NCBI GenBank assembly: GCA_951406725.2
Contig: OX597816.1
Span: 70,060,001 to 70,124,000 of the forward strand
DNA: 64,000 nt
Direction of reading: 5' to 3'
Origin: Octopus vulgaris
Taxonomy: Eukaryota
Below the pieces are notes generated by a model. That model did not search any database. It worked only from the letters and a program-made list of their open reading frames with translations, and had not been told where the DNA came from. Position 1 is the stretch's first letter. Every line of letters starts with the position of its first letter. Positions 13,421 to 24,772 of this stretch are shown piece after piece. A program made the position numbers and the translations under genes.

Positions 13421-13789
13421 ATGTATATGCATATATATATATATATATATACATGTATATTATAATTTTATTTCTAAAATTACCTACAAATTATTCCAAA
13501 ACCCTGTCATTAGATTATATCAATATTGTCATGATATCTCCCATACTTCCTTTAATACCATTACTCTGCGTTCCTACATCGTTACGTAGACTGTTTGTAT
13601 TTAACAAAAATTTTCTTTCACCTGACGATGTAGCAATTATATTATAAGTAATTTATTTATGATTAAGAAAGATAATATCCCTGGTCGAATGGACAAGTTC
13701 CTGGGTCTTGACAGTTACAGTTAAGAGTGGGCTCTTGGTGTTGTTCTCGCGTAAAGATGCTTTTTTATATTGTGGCAGAAGCTATATAA

Positions 13790-14110
13790 TAATTTAACTT
13801 AGCACCTGTGATTTTCCGGAAAACGTTTGTCCCCAAAACACGGGAATCTTTTACCTATGGTAGTTTTTACATTAAGGGAAAACGGTGTGTGCATCAAATT
13901 ATTGAGTTTATTTTCAGGTCTGTTATTATTTTTGATATTAATCTTAGAGTGGTCATAAATTAATTTACCCTTAAAGCCACAATTGAGTAGGGCATTGTTG
14001 CAGTAGAGTGCTGCCTTCCCGAAAATTTCTCTAGAGAAAGAGAAGCTAGAAACTCTGTTACTAATGTTATCTATCAGGCGTTTAAATACTACGACAATGG
14101 GGTAACAACA
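13790..14110 (-). mobile_element. Penelope-like retroelement fragment
   Basis: Translation NISNRVSSFSFSREIFGKAALYCNNALLNCGF...PFSLNVKTTIGKRF...FPENH resembles the Penelope RT-to-GIY-YIG linker. Confidence 0.7.
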
Positions 14111-14348
14111 GTTTTTACATAGTAATATTGAATGAAAATGAAATAATACCATCAAACAATAATTCAAAAACATTTTTATTTGATATTATATACATGAATT
14201 TTATATGCAACAGATATCGAAACGCATCTGACGTGCAAGAGATAAGTTCTTCGATTCTGTTCGGAGTCTGTATCTATTTTCCCCTTAAAATCATTGCGTA
14301 TAATATCGCATATTGTTTATTGATTTTGTTCACTGATCTGTACACAAT

Positions 14349-14461
14349 TTACAAACATCGACATTTATCTTGGAGACACTTAAAAAAACCAGTGTGATCA
14401 TTAGACTTTCCACCTGTCAGATATCGTTTCTGGCAAATCGCACGACATTCCGTATAATCAC
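14349..14461 (-). CDS. Gene A, last coding exon: mature Cys-rich peptide (G)DYTECRAICQKRYLTGGKSNDHTGFFKCLQDKCRCL*
   Basis: Canonical acceptor TTCTAATTTTAG|GT at 14462/14461. Phase 1 matches the donor at 17557. Stop TAA at 14351-14349; AATAAA at 14321-14316. Confidence 0.85.
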
Positions 14462-14638
14462 CTAAAATTAGAACATAATAAATGTTGCCTTAATGTCATT
14501 TTGATATTTTTACAAATTAATATAAAGCTACATCATATTGATATCAAAACTAGTAGTCATTCGCTTCATCTCTTTCTGCAACATAGATCAGCGTCCAACG
14601 TGGCTTTCGTTTGCCGCAGTTTACTGTCAACACATCTC

Positions 14639-14706
<68 letters not shown>

Positions 14707-14939
14707 TCGAAATATGTATGTATGTCTTTCACCCATTATTCATAATATTATTGTTGTTTTGGATGACAATCAGTTAGTCCAATCTTCATGATATTAATTT
14801 TTTTAATCTTCATGATATTAATTTTTTTAGTCTTTATGATTTTAATTCTTTAAAAATATTTTACAATTTGCATGATTTCCATAAAGCAATTTACAAACAA
14901 CGATATGTTGTAGTGTAGACATAACAATGTAAATTTTAG

Positions 14940-17400
14940 CTCATCCTATAAACAATGTAATTTTTTTCAGTTGCATGAATTAAAAGACGGAGTGGTTCGG
15001 GATAAACTATCTGCATCAACTTGTTATACAAGCAGGGAGTACTTTTTTTGAAGATTGAAAAAATAACTGTTAATATCGAACTGCAAAGCTATAATGCAAG
15101 TGACAAGGGAGGAAATTCGGCATATTTTGCTTTATGAGTTCAATAAAGGCAGTAACGCAACGGAAAGTGCGAGGAGTATTAATGCAGTAAATGGGTATCG
15201 GAAATAAGCGTAAGCTATTGTCAACATTGGCTCCAGAAATTCCGAGCCGGAAACTACAACATAGAAGAGGTGCCTCGTCCTGGAAGATCCATGTGGCGCG
15301 ACGAGGATGTCCTGCAAACCCTGGTGGAAGAAAACCTCATCATAAATGTTGAGGAACTAGCAGAGAAGTTTGGATTTGCGTATTTCGACCGTTCATCAAC
15401 ACCTGCACGCCATCGGAATAGTCAGCAAATTGAGTCAGTGGTTTCCTAACAAACTTTCCGTGTCTAATCCCGCGCAGAGAGTGAATGCACAATGTGCCCA
15501 GATTGGCTAAATCAGGACAAAAATTATATCTCGGGTTAAAATAATCATCTGATAGCGGTTGAGGGCTCGTTTTAACCACAAATTTAAGGGCTATCAGCTG
15601 AAATCGAAATTACTGGATTTTTCTATGTTTATGGGGGTCTGATTTCAAATAACCAAATCAGGGTATATCATCCAGAATTGCCTTTTTTGTATGTATTGCG
15701 ATTAAAGATGATTATCTGCAAGATCTCGTCAGCTTTCAATCAAGGATAACATCCGTGACATCTTCAGAAGAATATCCAGCATGTCGCATCCAGTAATTGT
15801 TTCGAAACGTCCAACCCAAGTTGTTCTCTTTGTGGTGAAGTTGATCACACAGCTCGTTCTTTAAAATATAAGAAGGTGTCTGCTTTGAAAGAAGAACAAT
15901 CAAGAATCGAGCCACTGTATCAGTGACCGGTGTATGTTATGCACATTTATTGTTTGGCATTATTGTTTCAATATTTGTTATGAATAATAAGTTATCAGTT
16001 TTCACAATTTGATGCAAATGATTTTGATTTTCTTTGTGAATCATAGGGGGTGGTTGGTTTCATTGTATATTTTCCATTTGGTGGGGGGGTAGACTATGGT
16101 AAATTTTCACTCCAGGGATTTGTTGGAAATATTTTCTTTTTCTTATCTCATGTTTTGACCCTTCATTTTCGACGTAAGCAATACAAAATCCATCAAGCCG
16201 GAATATGACCTTTGCTGCATAAAATAAGTTATATACCAAAAAAGTGCATTTAAGATGAATTATTTCAAAAAATTTATTAAATTTTGATTCCATTTTACGT
16301 TTCCAGTTTTTATACTTGTTTAATCACGTTGGGGGTCAATAACAGCTCATTTTACCCAATTTTGATTGGTTTTGATGTTTGGCACCCAAACTGGAATAAT
16401 ACTTTCTGTGTGGCCTTTTAACCCTTTTGAACTGATTTTTTCCTACAGTTTACATACAATGTTGAGACTGTCAAATATGTTCGCCCTCAATATGTCAAAA
16501 TCTGTATTTTTTTTCGATTTTCAAATTTGAGGGTGTTTTACCAAAAATTTGGATATTTTTCATGCATCCCCAATTTTCTCAAATTTATGTTGGCCTATGC
16601 ATTCCAGGCTGTAGCTTCACTGAAAGACAATAAACAATGCTTCTAAATAAGTTCTAAGCGAGGTTCAAAATCTTTTTGTGAACGAGAATATGTTCAATGA
16701 TTTGATACTCAAAAAACGTAAATTTCATTAAATTGGCCGAAATTAAAGAGCTATAAAAATTGAACCATACATTATTTTCAACTCAGGTGTTTTTCTTGCT
16801 TTGTAATCTCTTGAGATTAGAGAACCGGAAAATAAATATTTGGGGGAAACTTCCAAAAATGATAAATTTGTACTCTGGGCACAATGTGAAGTGAGTGCTC
16901 TTCTTTGCGGTCACGTCTCACAAATTAACCAGATTTCACCGAAAAGTGATTGTTGACGAGAAATGTGTACTCTGCAAAAATGTCAAGCACCGAAGACAGT
17001 GGATAGGGAAGGGAGAAACACTGGCACCTCAGGCTAAGAAAGCTATTCATGTTGTTGCCTGTTTGTTGGGATATGAAAGATTTAGCCCACTTTGAACTTT
17101 TAAACCCAAACCAAACGATAACAAAGATATACTGCGAGCAACTTTAGCCGCTTAAGTTAGCGCTAGAATAAAAACGACCATCTTTGGTTTCAAGACGAAA
17201 GATGTTCTTCTATCAAGTTATTGCTCGGCCAAATACAACGAGGATGACATTTTAAATGCTGGAGCAGTTTGAACGGGAAACGATGCCCCACTCACCATAT
17301 TCACCGGACATTGCCTCATCTCATTATCATTTATTCCGTAGTCTTCAAAATCATTTGGACGTAAGAAATATGATTTTTTGTAGTATGACTCATAGATTTT
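14940..17400 (+). mobile_element. Degenerate mariner element in the intron of gene A, split by a nested insertion at 15488-16888
   Basis: 5' part KGGNSAYFAL/EEIRHILLYEFNKG-type HTH with WLQKFRAGNY; 3' part MPHSPYSPDIASSHYHLFRSLQNHLD (YSPDL-like motif). The mariner sequence resumes after 16888. Confidence 0.85.
15488..16888 (+). mobile_element. Internally deleted Transib-like (RAG1-related) DNA transposon
   Basis: 15-bp TIRs CACAATGTGCCCAGA / revcomp CACATTGTGCCCAGA (14/15 match). Degenerate 5-bp flanks GAATG / AAGTG. Coding remnant at 15718-15926: ARSRQLSIKDNIRDIFRRISSMSHPVIVSKRP, frameshift, CSLCGEVDHTARS..EEQSRIEPLYQ*. Confidence 0.75.
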
Positions 17401-17556
17401 GGTATACAATAGGGCCACTATTCTCTCAAAATTTGGTTCCAGACAATAATAAAACCCCTGCACCAAACTTAGATTTGGATGCACAACTAATCAAAGTAGG
17501 TGTCATTATAATAGGGTCAACAAATCATTTAGCGAAAGGGATAATAGACTTCTTAC

Positions 17557-17617
17557 CTTCGATTAGAGCAAACATCATTAGTATTCCCAAGATGGTGAGT
17601 AAGAATGTAAAATTCAT
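17557..17617 (-). CDS. Gene A, signal-peptide exon MNFTFLLTILGILMMFALIE(G); spliced to 14461-14349 it gives a 57-aa secreted precursor
   Basis: TTTACAG|GTTCAAC ATG (acceptor 17625, ATG 17617); 61 coding nt; donor G|GTAAGA at 17557/17556; hydrophobic core. Homologous exons at 29.4, 48.4 and 62.6 kb. Confidence 0.85.
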
Positions 17618-17889
17618 GTTGAACCTGTAAATTAATATATACATACAAGTATTTAAATACTGATGGTAAACCTAATGGGGAGGATAATGTAAATAGAAAT
17701 AACACTAGGAATAACAACAGCAGCGGAAGCGGTGATGAAATTGATGATGGCAATAGTAACAATAATAAAGACGGTACTTTTAATGATAACGATAATGGTA
17801 ATAATATTAGTAATGATAATAATAATGATGATAACGATAATAGTGGTAATAACTGCACAGGTAGTAACGAGAAGGACAGGGCTAGTTGT

Positions 17890-18260
17890 AACTATAGATG
17901 AAATAGGAAACATGTTTTGAATAATTCCTCTTTAGAAAAGAACATAGTATATGAATGTGCAATAGTAACCGGGAACAAAATTTACAATTACATGGCATGT
18001 TGCGCAACGACATTTAATCTCCGATATTACAACCACATCTCCCCATTCAAACACAATAATAATTCAAATGCGACATTACTCGGTAAGCTAGTATGGTAAC
18101 TTAGGGAGGAAAAACAGAATATGAGCTAAAATAGTCAAACTTAAGTCGAGCTAAACCATACGAAATAGGAAGAAGTTGATATGAACTTTGCCTAGCGGAG
18201 TCATGCCAAATATCAGGTCATTCCATAAGTTCTGTCCGAATTTTGAATAAAGAAAGCAAG
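17890..18260 (+). mobile_element. Penelope-like GIY-YIG endonuclease remnant
   Basis: LEKNIVYECAIVTGNKIYNYMACCATTFNLRYYNHISPFKHNNNSNATLLGKLVW matches the degenerate Penelope GIY-YIG pattern. Confidence 0.75.
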
Positions 18261-18289
18261 TGATCAAATGTTATATTTAATTGAAATTT

Positions 18290-18490
18290 AATCATCAATG
18301 TACTTTCCCTGATTATCTATGACTTCCTTCCATCTATTTACAAGCTTTTTAATCCCATTAATGTAAAACTCTTTTGGTTTCGACCTCCCCATTGTTTGCA
18401 AAAGTTTTGTCCCCCAAATGATTCTGTAAACTACGAAACAAATGGTAGTCTGAAGGAGCAAGGTCAGGAGAATAAGGTGGATGAGGTGGG
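18290..18490 (-). mobile_element. Mariner 3' fragment
   Basis: Minus strand HPPYSPDLAPSDYHLFRSLQNHL. Confidence 0.75.
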
Positions 18491-19350
18491 GAGGGAGGTA
18501 AGTAAGTAAATATATAGGTAGTTAGTGGAGTGGAGTTGCAGGCTTGCTTGTTTGGTTATTAAGTCAGCATATATCCACGTGGATTCGAGTTCTGTTAACT
18601 TGAGAAAATGCCTTCTACAGCAGACAACGGGCCGACGCTAGCCTTGTGGATGAATTGGACGAAAACTGTCAGAAAGCCCCACATACACACATACACACAC
18701 ACTCATATACACACGTATTTATGTAGACCGAGTGCGTATGTCTTTGTGTCCATGTTTTGTTCGTCCACAACCAACTTTTCATACCTGTTGTTGGTTTGTT
18801 TATGTCACCGTAACTTAGCGATTATGCAAAAGAATACTATACGTGTACCAGAGGTAAGTGTGTAGGCTCATGGGCTGAATGAAACGTGTAATGCAGTGTC
18901 CCAGCATGGTCGCAGTATAAATGATTGAAACTTGAAAGTGTATATTATATCATATATGTGTGTCTATATATATATATATATATGATAATAATATTAGGGA
19001 GTAAATCCAAACTTACAGAGAAAAATTAGATTTAGGATTAAATCAAATTTCACAGTATAAATATAAATTCAATTAGAGATAAACAGGAATTTATAATAAA
19101 ATAATAAAATAAAAAGTTTAAATTTTTTTTTTAATTTTTAAAAATTTTTAAATTTTAAATTTAAAAAATATAAAAAGAATATAACAATTTATAAATATAA
19201 AATAGAATTTTAAATTTAAATAATTTAATTTTAAATTTTATATTTTATATATTTTGTATATTATATTAATTATATTTATTTTTATGTTTTGGCTTATGTT
19301 TTTCACTGTTTGATTTGCCTAATAGTGGTTTTATGTCTAATTTAATTTAA

Positions 19351-19410
<60 letters not shown>

Positions 19411-21436
19411 ATAAAAATATATGCATACATACAAACATATATGTACGTACCTACATCTACATGTATATATACATGCATATATAAATAATTATACGTGAGT
19501 ACAGGACATCACAAGAAGACGTAGAAACGGGAAAAACAAAAAAACAAAAAACAAGAAAACGAAAAACGAAAAACAAGAAAACGAAATTACAATTACAGGA
19601 CGAGCTACACAAGGACAAAACCCCCGTCATCAGCTGTCGCTAGTGGAGTCAAGCATGTTTCGAAGGCAGAGACAGAACACTAATCCAATAAGCCTTCCTG
19701 CGAGAGAATTAAAATAAAATTCCAAGCAGCGGGGCAAAATGAGTACGAACACGAACAAGACGTAACAATAAAACTGCAAAAATAAAAATACATGTACAAA
19801 AAATACAAATAATTACAAAACGAGAAAATAGAAAATAAAAAGAGAATACGATACAGGAAATCAAACACACAAGAGGACGAACGAAAAAGCCTTTTTTTCT
19901 GGCATAGACAAACATCCTGTACCCCCATTCTTGCTAGCGAAATGGCATGAGCTGACTTTCCGAGCAACTGGTTGATTAATGGCGAAACAACCATGACATA
20001 AATATTACAAAAATAGCGATTCTGACTTTGAAACTAACGGGTTTGAAAATATTCTTAGATTATGGGACGCCCAGGCCTCTCATAAATCCATGTTTAAAAT
20101 TTCAGCGCGATCGGATGAACAATACTCGAGTTAAAGCGCACAAACAGACAGAAGGGCGGAACGGAGTTTATATATTGAGATATATATATACATATATGTG
20201 TGGCATGTGTGTGTGTGCGTGTGTGTATGTGTGTGTGTGGATGTAAGTTTTTCCATCGTAACAATGGGCGAAACCGCGCTCCAGGGTCCTATCTTTACTC
20301 ATGGGGCAGTTATCTAGTTATCTACTGTGTCCGAATATATAAATTTACTTTTAGCACACACAGTCACTATTATGACAACTAAATTTTTTCCTGTATGACC
20401 TGGCATTGCGGTCTGCTGCTTACGTTAATTTTTAGCATACATATGTCTATGTAAATATATCTGTGTGTATCCCCTCTCTCACTATTCAATGACACTCCTA
20501 CTATTCCTCATGATGTGGTGAGAGTAATAGCTGGAATAGAGACGACGAAGGCGGTGGCGAGGACAGACTGAGAGAGAGAGAGAAAGAAAACGAGGAGAGA
20601 AACAGTGACAGAAATTTAGAGAGTTTATGATATTTTACTGATATTGGTGGTGGCAGTGGGTGTAATAATAAAAGAGAGAGAAAGAGTGGGTATGTGAAAG
20701 AAAGAGGAAGATGTTGTACAAATTTGTTTTACCATGTCCCATTGACAGAAATTCCTGTCGCCAGCATACTGAACACTATCAGTTTTGTTTTATTTTTTTG
20801 CTTTCTTAAATACATAGACACCCACCAACCCACACTAATTTATATAGACTGTGGGCTTATGTTTTTGTGTTCATGTTTTTTTCGTCAAACAACCAAAATT
20901 AAACATATCTAATATAATAAATGTGGACGTCAGTGTGTCACAATTTTTCAACTTTAATAAATCTTTTCTACTGGAAGCACAAGGCCTCAAATTTTGGGGG
21001 AAGGGATTAAGTCCATTACATAGACCCCAGTGTGTAACTGGTACTAATTTTATCTACCCCGAAAGGATGAAAGGCAAAATCGACCTCGGCGGAATCCGAA
21101 CACAAAGCTATACGGCAGACGAAATACCGCTAAGCATTTCGCCCGGCGTGCTAACGATTCTGCCAGCTCTCCGCCTTAATATAATAGAAAATATAATATA
21201 ATAAATATGAACGTCACTGTGTCACACGTTTTCAACTTTACTTCATTTTAGAATCAGTTTGACTCTGTGAGTAAATAAAAAACATTCCGGGCCGAATCCG
21301 GACGCACAATCCTGAAATTTTGGATTCCCAAGATTTCATTATTGTGATTGTTTTCGGCGATTTTTTACGCGATTTTTTTGGTGACGAATTTTTTTGTACG
21401 ATAACAAATTTTATAATCTAAAGGCTAATTTGATCT

Positions 21437-21486
<50 letters not shown>

Positions 21487-21619
21487 AGATCAAAGTGTAC
21501 GTACACCCCTATATTTTTATATATAAATAATACAAAAATGAGAAAAGAACGCAAAACATCCATTTTTTGTATCACCTAATTGTCTGGATGTTTTGCATTC
21601 TTGTCCTATTTTTGTATTG

Positions 21620-21663
<44 letters not shown>

Positions 21664-22689
21664 AGTAATAAAGGTATATATGTCAATTTATTACAACCGT
21701 TTCGAGTGACTCCTTTAGTTGAGTAATGAGATTATTACATCATTACAAAGAAAATCGTTCCCATCAGATGACGGGGAAAATTCAAATTAGATATTTAAAC
21801 ATATTCATATGAACATTAGAGAGCAAATATTTACAACGATTCCGCCGCTAAACTTTTGGGCAGAATGAGAATAGGACAGTACAGCAAGAGACAAGCTAGA
21901 CTTCAACATAGGTTACAGTGGGTGGTGGGTGAATGAAAGTAGTGACCCCGTTATCGACACATCAAAGACCATAGGGAGAAGGTAAACTTCAAAACATGTA
22001 AAATTATATCTTTATAGATTTACCAATTAAGTAGTATCATGACAGACCGTTCTACTAGCTGAGAAAAGGGAACTTTACATCCGGCTATATCATGGTGTGG
22101 TAAATGAGAATGTCTGATGGGAGAGTAGTGATAGAAGAAAGAGAATAGGGATACGGATGGCCAAAAGGGAAGAAAAAGTATCTGTAAAAAGAAATACCTC
22201 TTAAAGGATTACGAGAAGGATATAAATTGAAGGAGTAAATTCTTACCTTAGTTTACTTATAAAGTTAGAGCAAAATGTAACTATATAGATATATAAAAGC
22301 TAGAAAGAGATTACAGATATAACTAAATAAGGGGATCAATTAAATATTTGATAATATAAGGTTGCGGTACATGACGAATTATAAGAAAAAAATGAAAAAC
22401 TATAAATTGCCACAGAAGTTTTATGGTATACAAATTTTAAAAATATAAGGAGATAAATAATAAAAATAAAAATATAACCAAATATGAATATATAATATAA
22501 TATGAGAGCATATACAAAATATAATGGATATATATACAAAGGCATGAAAATATAAAACAAAATATGTGATATACATGAAAAATATGAGTAAAAAATATAA
22601 GAATCTTATAATTTTAGGTTTACAGTACACAGCAGGACAAATTAAAAAACGATTTATATATATACATATATGTAGGAACGAATGAAACT

Positions 22690-23030
22690 TAACCTGTGTC
22701 TCTGCACATACACTACCGTAGGTAAGTATGTAATTACATAAGAATCATACTTATATAAGAAACATACTTCTAGTTGTTACAAATATAAAACATACCGATT
22801 GGTTTATTGCTTCTTGATTTCAATAGAATGACGTGATCGTCCTTCAAAAGAACAATTATTGAGAATATACTTATGTTCTTCATTGTCAGATGTGTCACGT
22901 TTACGGTCAAAATATTCTGCCGCTTTGAACTATGAGGAAAAATTATAACTTCGCTTACACTTCCAAAGCGTAGGAAATATACAACTAAGGGTTAGTATGA
23001 AAAATACAACTGGCACAGACTTACGTATAT
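22690..23030 (-). promoter_or_regulatory. Putative promoter and short non-coding first exon of gene A
   Basis: Block homologous to 38260-38545 and 53135-53350, each upstream of a signal exon. Minus-strand TATATAAG at about 22757-22750; candidate donor CAG|GTTAAG at 22694/22693. Confidence 0.5.
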
Positions 23031-23139
23031 ATGTGTGTATATGTGTGCGTGTGTATGTGTGTGCACGCGCGCGGAAATTATAGCTATTCACACCTCGCGC
23101 GTGTACACACAGTCTCACACGCACACACACATATATGTG

Positions 23140-23195
<56 letters not shown>

Positions 23196-23350
23196 TTACG
23201 AAAAAAACAAAAGACGAAGACAGGTGGTGTACAAAACAAACAGATGTATTAGTATAACGCTCAGGAATAGAAAAAGTCGTTTACGTTTCGAGCCTACGCT
23301 CTTCTACAGAAAGGGACAGTGAAACAACAAGGAGAGAAACAAGGAGATGC

Positions 23351-23400
<50 letters not shown>

Positions 23401-23587
23401 GCATGTATGTGTGTATTTTGTGTGTGTATGCATCTTCACATATGCTTCAAGGAATATGCATGCGTGTATTTGTTTGTATATGCCGCGAATCACTATCCCG
23501 TTCAGCCGGGCAATATATACGCCACAGAACCCAAGTGATTGGCCTTCTGAACGTATAGCTCGAGAAGGACTGTTTATGTTTCTTGAT

Positions 23588-23621
<34 letters not shown>

Positions 23622-23626
23622 ACATG

Positions 23627-23717
<91 letters not shown>

Positions 23718-23944
23718 TTAGGTGTGATGTACAGAATTGAATATTGAGAAGAAAGTCGTCAGAATTTGGGGAAAATCCTTTTATTTCTTTATTATTAAGA
23801 GCGCTATCATTCCTCCCGAGAACTTGTCAAATATAAAACTGTATTTGACAAGTTGTTGAGAGGAACGAAAGCGCTAATAATAATGAAGAAATATATGGAT
23901 TTTTTTCAAAATTCTGATGACTTTTCCTCAATACATATATATGT

Positions 23945-24003
<59 letters not shown>

Positions 24004-24390
24004 TGCGTGTGTGTGTGTGTGTGTATGTGTGTGTGTGTGATATAGAAAAAAGGTCAAGTTAGAAAATGCTAAAATAATTTCATAACAAATTTCAATACCG
24101 GTTTCAGTCATTGAAACTTTTTCAACTGTAAGTATGGAAAACAATTAAATTTTGGAAAAATAAAATGAAAAGTATTTAAAAAGAATATTTGCATAGTTTT
24201 CAAATACAAGGGGCATTTGCCTTGTTTTTGCCTGTCTCTGTTTCTTTTGTTTACTCTTTTGCGTTCGCGGTTAAAAAAGTCTTAATGACTGAAGCCGTTA
24301 CTGAAATATTTTTCATAAAACTATTTTAGCATTTTCTATCTTGACTCTTTTTTTCATATATATCAACTCGTGTGTTCCTATTCAACCTTC

Positions 24391-24483
<93 letters not shown>

Positions 24484-24702
24484 TTATTTAAAAGCAGCAG
24501 AAATATAACAAAAGCTGTTACTCAGAGTTTCACCTTCCTGTACGTCAGACATTTTTGTTAACAAAATTGTCTGCCGAACGGGAACGTGAAACTCTGATTA
24601 ACAGCTTTTATTATATTTCTGCTGCTTTTAAATAAAGAAGTATTACTCTACCTCCGTTTTTAGTACACTTTTTTTCACATTTATGTGGTTACTCCGGTAT
24701 AT

Positions 24703-24772
<70 letters not shown>

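Noticed and set aside
13094-13647. Long YI/CV/HT/poly-N/L/I/T ORFs here and throughout the window
   Set aside because: Translations of (TA)n, (CA)n, (TACA)n, (TAA)n and (CTA)n microsatellites.
14349-14461. Gene A peptide as a CS-alpha/beta defensin (CxxxC...CxC), or the family as twin-CX3C small Tim chaperones
   Set aside because: The CxC arises from a stop-codon deletion unique to this copy and there are only 5 Cys. Small Tims are conserved, longer and lack a signal peptide.
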